A stretch of 64,000 bases of DNA, from NCBI GenBank assembly GCA_949358305.1, contig OX442314.1, positions 33,232,001 to 33,296,000 of the forward strand, read 5' to 3'. This document shows, one piece after another, positions 57,875 to 64,000 of this stretch. This DNA comes from Strigamia acuminata (taxonomy: Eukaryota). Each line of letters opens with the position of its first letter. The stretch's first letter is position 1. Made by a program: the position numbers and the translations under genes. The notes beneath the pieces were generated by a model. That model was not told the DNA's origin, searched no databases, and saw only the letters and a list, made by a program, of their open reading frames with translations.

Positions 57875-59650
57875 TTACATGTGTTTAGGCCGCTTGGAAT
57901 TTGAGGGATAATTTTCTTCTTCCGCCGCTCGTTTTCTCGGTTTCCAACGATAATTGTCGATAAACGAAAGCAACCGTTCCTTCGTAATCGGGGTTCGAAT
58001 GCTACCACAAACACTCCTGGCCGTTTTCAAACTGTTGGGAAAAGACTTGTCGGTCCTCTCGCGCATAAACTTCCACTCATTATCCTCGACTCTACACTCG
58101 ATGATCTTCTTGTCCAAACGTCTTAACTCCCTCGTCAATTTGATCTCGGCAAACGGCCTGTCTGAATTACCAACGTACAAACAACCCTTCGATTCCGGCA
58201 GCATTCCAGCTCGCTCTTCTTTCCTGATAACCAACTTGAAATCCACCGAGTTCAAGCTCGGCGGCTTCCATTTTAAAACGTCCGCATTGGGGCCCCCCGA
58301 GTACGCCATGACGGCGGGTTGGTAGATGAGGCCGTCGAATTCGTGGCCCAACGTTTTCGTAAATTTCTCACCCAACAAATGTCGACTGACCGTAACATCC
58401 CAAAACTCTTTAACTCGGACATTAAACGACTCCGCATTTCTATTGATAAGTCCGTTTTGTTTGGCGAGTTGTCGAGGTTCCACTAATTCCTTTCTAATGC
58501 ACAGCATTCTGCGCTCGAAATCCGTCTTTCCCACGTCCTGATTCTCGAACTTGATTATATCGTAAACCAGATAATTAACGATCGTTTTACCGTCGAGTCG
58601 ATCGATCACCATCTCCCCGTCGACCAAGCTTCCAAAAACGTGTTCGTCGGGACACTTTCTTCGCGGAAACCGAATATTGGTGACATGAAACGCGCAATTA
58701 TCCCGATCCAGAAAATAGACTTCCTTCTCGCCGTCGATCAGCATCATGTATCGAATTCCGTCCGGCTTCCAACTCACCCTGTACTCTCGCCGTTGCAAAA
58801 ATGCAAGATTGTCAGAACCCATCGACACGGGTTGAAGGCCTGGAAAGCCCGATCGTTCCCATCCGCACATCTCTTGGCACTTCCTTTGAATTTCGAGTAA
58901 TTTTGGTTGCGCGGTGATTGGCGAAGTTCCCGCCACACCTTTCATGAACGTCGGATTGTTTTTACCGAATTCTTTTCCCCGCCGCTTCCCTCTATCTCTA
59001 TCTCCGCGTACAACTTTATCTTTATCCGTTGTAAGTGTGGGTCCACCATCGTTGCACCAATCTGGCAGAGATGGTACTGGAGGAAGTTTACTGGGATCGC
59101 CGTATCGAGTGAACAATTCGCGCAAATATTCTTCCTTGTAGATCCCCGGCGGTCTGGCTTCGGCGAATTCGACGACGGCTGCACGGACACTCCACGACAA
59201 CTTTTCTACCAGGTACGCAACGATCAGGAATCCCGTTCGGTTAAATCCGTGGGTGCAATGAATTCCTATAAGCTCCGACGGATGTTTCGCTGCGAAATCG
59301 CTGCAGGTTCTTATGAATTCTCGCGTTTGGTCGGCGCTAGGACATTCGCTGTGACCTGGGCACTGAATCTTCACGTATGGAATGTCGTGGGATTCGATTT
59401 CTGAGTTGTCGTAGAATCGAGTGGTGTTCGTTAAATCGATCCAAAGTCCCATTCTTACGTTGTAGCTTCGGACTGATGAAGGCATCATCGAAGGTCGAAA
59501 CAAACAAGCGGGTGGTACGATTTTGTCATATTTCGCGTCCAAAGGAGTCTTAAACGCTAAAAATATTTCTCCGATTAAACGTAGCGCTTTTCGTGGACAG
59601 TTTAACCATCTCGGCGGAACTGTGACGGTTTTCCGATTATCTTTAGACAT
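57875..59650 (-). CDS. RNGTT: Bifunctional mRNA capping enzyme (RNA triphosphatase + guanylyltransferase), intronless
   Basis: PPRWLNCPRK, HCTHGFNRTG cysteine phosphatase, WKPDG motif I, DGEMV, YDI, DGLIY, LKWKP, RERTDK; the first ATG is at 59650 (MSKDN). Confidence 0.95.
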   Translation of the reverse strand: MSKDNRKTVTVPPRWLNCPRKALRLIGEIFLAFKTPLDAKYDKIVPPACLFRPSMMPSSVRSYNVRMGLWIDLTNTTRFYDNSEIESHDIPYVKIQCPGHSECPSADQTREFIRTCSDFAAKHPSELIGIHCTHGFNRTGFLIVAYLVEKLSWSVRAAVVEFAEARPPGIYKEEYLRELFTRYGDPSKLPPVPSLPDWCNDGGPTLTTDKDKVVRGDRDRGKRRGKEFGKNNPTFMKGVAGTSPITAQPKLLEIQRKCQEMCGWERSGFPGLQPVSMGSDNLAFLQRREYRVSWKPDGIRYMMLIDGEKEVYFLDRDNCAFHVTNIRFPRRKCPDEHVFGSLVDGEMVIDRLDGKTIVNYLVYDIIKFENQDVGKTDFERRMLCIRKELVEPRQLAKQNGLINRNAESFNVRVKEFWDVTVSRHLLGEKFTKTLGHEFDGLIYQPAVMAYSGGPNADVLKWKPPSLNSVDFKLVIRKEERAGMLPESKGCLYVGNSDRPFAEIKLTRELRRLDKKIIECRVEDNEWKFMRERTDKSFPNSLKTARSVCGSIRTPITKERLLSFIDNYRWKPRKRAAEEENYPSNSKRPKHM

Positions 59651-60939
59651 TTTAGAGCAGGCACGATAAATTGAATGGGATAACACCGTCTTATATATAT
59701 ACTGAAAAGTTGAACGTATTGAAAACGTTACAAGTTGTAACGTTTTCAATACGTTTCAGAAATACAGTATCGTCTGATTGGTAATTCAAATTTTTTAAAT
59801 AAATACAAAAGAAATTGGTTTGCTGTTACATTCTACGTACAAATAAACAAAAAACAAATCGAAAGTTGTACTTTTTTCCCACTGTCCATTTAATATTCGC
59901 AAATTAATTGTGATATTATTTATTGACCGGCTCATATTTTGTGAAGACTTCAAATATAATTACACTAAGCCATTAAAGCATTATTAAGTTCTAAAACGTG
60001 TGTAATTTTAAGTTTCATTCCTCTTTTCTTTTTTATTTAACTACGAACATTAAAAAATATAAAAAAAATACATGCGTGATTATTAAATCAATAAATTCTG
60101 TAAAAAAGATTAAAGTTTGAGAATTTTAAATTTTGTTGTCTCGATAAAAACAAATTCGAGAGTATCTACGATGAGTGGGGTCAGAGGATATGTGGGGCAT
60201 GCGCAATGACTCTGATCATAACTGAGGAAGAAGCTCGTTGTTTACCGCTCAGTCGTGGTGGTGATTTGTTCGTGCTCGCCGCTTCTCTTTATTTGTTCTC
60301 AGGTTTCATCCTCATGAAAAGGGGTCGTAATTCGTTTAAATCTTGTTTCAGTATTTGGAGTTTACGTTTGTGTGTATTTAATGTGAATATGGCATCTTTT
60401 CTCGTTGGCCTTTCATCGCCGCCATTTTGTGTCAAGCTGTTCTAATCGTCATTTCGTACATGGATTATTAGCATCTCTTTTTTGGTATTTATTTATTTTT
60501 ATTTTATTATTTAATTTTTAATTTTGTCGGTTTCAACTTTTCTATTCTTTTTCTTGCCAATTTTTGGTACCGAGATTCCACGTTTGTACTGTAAGACTGC
60601 ATTCAATGCAATGAGTGTAGCGTTTACGAAGTGAGAAAATATTTGTGATTTTGTGATTTTGTGATACTGTAAGACTGCATTCAAATTGAATGAAGGGTGT
60701 AGCATTTACCAAAAAGATAGTGTATGCATATTATTGGTACTGCGACCTTTTTACACCTTACGCTGATACTTTTCTGAGTGTTTGGGCAACACTTGATCAG
60801 GAGAGGGCTGGACGGGCACAACACTGGATAAAACTTGAAGAAATACACGAGACGCATTGTTTTGTGAAGACTGTTGATGGGTAGTTGCAAAAAGCGTCAG
60901 ATATATAGCAACGATTGGTTCCCAATTTCTGATTTGACA

Positions 60940-61142
60940 AAGTCTCATCCTTGCGTTGTAACTTCGGATTGATGACAACATCATGTCCTAAATAAACATG
61001 CGGGTGGAACGATATTGTTGTATTTTGCGTTCAATGGAGTTTTAAACGCTCAGAATTTCTCTCCGACGAAACGCAACGCTTTTCGTGGACAGCTTAACCA
61101 TCTCGGTTGAACTGTAATAGATTTGCCATTATCTTCAGACAT
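60940..61142 (-). pseudogene. 5' fragment pseudogene of the adjacent capping enzyme gene
   Basis: MSEDNGKSITVQPRWLSCPRKALRFVGEKF*AFKTPLNAKYNNIVPPACLFR with an in-frame stop and a frameshift. Confidence 0.9.
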
Positions 61143-63506
61143 TTTACGCCTAGGCGCTCCTGTAAGTGGTCATTGGAACCGCAGGATTGGTCAAATAAAT
61201 AATAAAAAGTCTATTCTTTTGACTAATATTGCTGCTGTCATTGTTAACGGATAACGGCACGTATTGTGTGTATGAACGGGCACAACATGGCATGGAGAGT
61301 ATCATTTGGTACTGGAGGCACAACACAAGTTGGTAGTAATGTATGCACAATCTAGTAGAAGGTTTTTACAAAAGTGGCTTTTGTGAGTAGTTTGACTGGT
61401 GTTAGGTGGTCAGGGGATTTCAATTTGAAGCCTTTGTTTTCAGGTTTCTAGGGGCAGTGTGATAGCCTTAAGAGAGGTTTTAAGAGAAATTAGTTTAGTT
61501 TTTAATGCTAATGTTAGTTTCAATGACAGTTAGAAAATATGATGTCACTAAACAATTCAAAACAATTTAATAAAAGAAATAGATCACTAAATCTGCCTTG
61601 TTGTCTCATGATACTGCAGGCACAACACTTGATGGAAAATGACTGGAGAGTCGTGTAGGTGCATTCAAAGTGCGTTTGTTGTTGGCATTTTTAATATAAA
61701 CGGCCTAAACAGAATACAAAAAAACGTCTAACTAAGAATGTGTGTGAGACAAATTCGGTTTTGGACCTCACATTGTGTTGTTGTGAACAGTATTTTAATC
61801 GATGGTTTAAATTGTACAATGCAATAATAAATATACGAAAATGGGAATTTAGAATAATGGAAAGTGCGACTGTGTCGCGGAAACAATGTAAAAGCGTGTA
61901 ACGACGACTGTTACACGCCAAAACACCAAAATGGCGTGCACAACGATGGCTAATAGTTATGTGGCGACGTCTTCTCTTCGTTACTCACACGTACGATGGC
62001 GGTGGCGGGAACTCCGGAGCTCCGGTGGCTCCTGCGACGGCGATGGTTCACGGCGAGCGTCTCCTCTTCTCGGCGGTGGTGCGCGTAGCAGCAGCGGCTG
62101 GTACACGCGAACGCAAACCGGTGCTGGCTTTGCTTAATATATTACACAGTCCAAGAAATCACTTTCCGAAATGGTTTTTTTTTAGAGTTCTCCGAACTTT
62201 TGCTCCTTTCTTTGCGTCTTGGTGATGGTGACCAAATATTTGACCATTGATTGCGATTCCGGTGTTGAATTCTCTTCACCTGACCTGATGTTGCAAATCA
62301 TCGTTTGGAAAGTCAAACATTTCCTCTTTTAATGGTTTATGCGTTAGAAGCACACAGTTGATTTCGCTAATTTGAACAGGTTTAGTCTGTCTTCTTAGGA
62401 ACGAGTGCTTCATGTGCCACTGGAAGAACGAGAACTTACTCAGACTTCTTAACTAAAAAAATTAAAAAAAATTAAAAAATAATGAAAAATAAATTTGAAA
62501 AATTGCAAAAGAAAGAAAATAATTGAAAATTAATCGAAAAAAAAATTAATAAATTGCAAAGGAAAGAAAATAATTGAAAATAATTGTTATGCTGGGGCAT
62601 CACGTTGAAATAAAGGAGAGGTTTAAAGTGGAAAACAAAACACACGTCTTTACTCGTGGGTAAAAATACAAGCAAGTGAGGAGTAAATACAAAATGTCAT
62701 GGTAACGGTTTTACAACAATGCAACTATATCACTCTTAGTAACTAGTAATAACAAGTCCTTGACAACTACAACAATGAACTTTGCTTTACATTAACATAA
62801 CTTAACATTAATTTTTAGAAAATAAAAGAAATGAATAATGGAAACAAAGGAAATAATAAAAATGCGCACAATGACTTGTTGTCCGCGATAATGGTAGGGC
62901 AAAAGAAGGGCTGGCTTTGCAAACTTAGTAAAGATAGCCAAATGTCTCAATTCACAAATCACAAAAACTAGGTGCACAATTAACACAGTCCAAGCAATGA
63001 ATGCGTGCGTTTAGTTGTGTTGTGAAATTAACAGTGGGCCAAACAAAACTCTATATTTGAGTTGGGCATACTACATAGCTGCGTGGCAAATATGCGCAAT
63101 GTGCATATTTTGGTGCAACAAAGGAATTGTTGCACAAAAATGGTTAATTTGCAGCTCACTCCTGCCAAATTGGGGTGAGACATGCATAGGGAGTTTTCAC
63201 CCTTAAGACACAGAGTAATTAAAAAGACGATGGTGATAATATATTTATTCATAAAACAATCGAGATCACCACCGAGAGGCCCTCTAAGAATTGCTCTGAC
63301 TAAAAGCGCGGGAGGAATTTGAGTGGGTGTTAAATTAAAAATTAAACTGAAATTTTAAGTGTTAAATTTGCTCATCATGACTTATTTGTGTAAGAACCAT
63401 TCCATCTTTTTTTTTAAATCGAATGTTTGTAAAAATATTATCAAAAAGAATAGATTAAACAGAGAACAGACTAGATTATCCAGATTTCGATTGGAAAATC
63501 ACTGAT

Positions 63507-64000
63507 TTATTGCAGCCACTGATGGCCGAGTGACATCTTCGCTGAGGAACGGTCGTTCGGATTAATCGCCAACATTGGCAGCAAGAAATCCGCAAATTGC
63601 CGCGCCTCCTCAGCATTCCATCTAAATTTCCCGGTCAACAGCTGTGTTAGACCGTAACTTTGGATTTTAGGGTATTTTTTTAGTTTTCCTTCATCGGTGA
63701 AAAAATCTTTTCTATTCTTCGCTCTAAAAACCATCTTGAGCGGGATATCTCCGAGCAACTTGGCAATCTGGACCAAATGCTCCTCGTCCTCCTCGAGACT
63801 TTCGTTGACATGAGACCCAAATAGATACGACCCAGTCGCCAAATCGAACGCCGTGCAAGCGGCGCTCCAAATGTCAGCACTGGACCCATACCCGACTCCC
63901 AGCAACACTTCGGGACTCCGATAACAACACGTTTGGATGAGATCGTCAAAGTGGTGGTTTACGTAACACGCACTTCCAAGATCGGCGATCTTAACAGTTA
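63507..64000 (-). CDS. C-terminal lobe of an SRPK-like kinase (runs off the window)
   Basis: VKIADLGSAC...IQTCCYRSPEVLLG.GY...ADIWSAACTAFDLATGSYLF...EHLVQIAKLLG...FADFLLPML. Confidence 0.88.
   Translation of the reverse strand, partial: TVKIADLGSACYVNHHFDDLIQTCCYRSPEVLLGVGYGSSADIWSAACTAFDLATGSYLFGSHVNESLEEDEEHLVQIAKLLGDIPLKMVFRAKNRKDFFTDEGKLKKYPKIQSYGLTQLLTGKFRWNAEEARQFADFLLPMLAINPNDRSSAKMSLGHQWLQ

Noticed and set aside
57875..59749. Endogenous giant-virus capping enzyme
   Set aside because: The sequence is typical metazoan RNGTT and no viral core genes are nearby. The ORF-track start at 59749 is a non-ATG extension.

Overview
Eukaryotic (probably invertebrate/arthropod-like) repeat-dense DNA. 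About 70% of the window is Ty3/Gypsy LTR retrotransposons, all on the minus strand. Element A (1255-6673) has lost its integrase by deletion. Element B (10200-14988) is Mag-like, and a decayed relative, B2, follows it. Element C (21471-38967) carries two internal tandem duplications. Element D (42222-56719) looks intact, with 1751-bp LTRs. They sit in a background of decayed MULE-type transposase pieces, MITEs, a WDR7 pseudo-exon, an intronless mRNA capping enzyme gene (plus a 5' pseudogene copy) and the 3' end of a divergent SRPK-like kinase. The main unexplained signal is that C and D, which are distinct elements, each carry a large non-env third ORF between pol and the 3' LTR. The two ORFs share a DnaJ-type CxxCxGxG zinc-finger module and the same predicted private expression cassette (TATA, short non-coding exon, GTAAGT intron, ATG). 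Element D also has a duplicated PBS/LTR-end and a duplicated, covarying RNA structure in its LTR. Element C has a one-strand array of GGCGY motifs after its third ORF. All calls were made by eye without database searches, so family names rest on recognised motifs.
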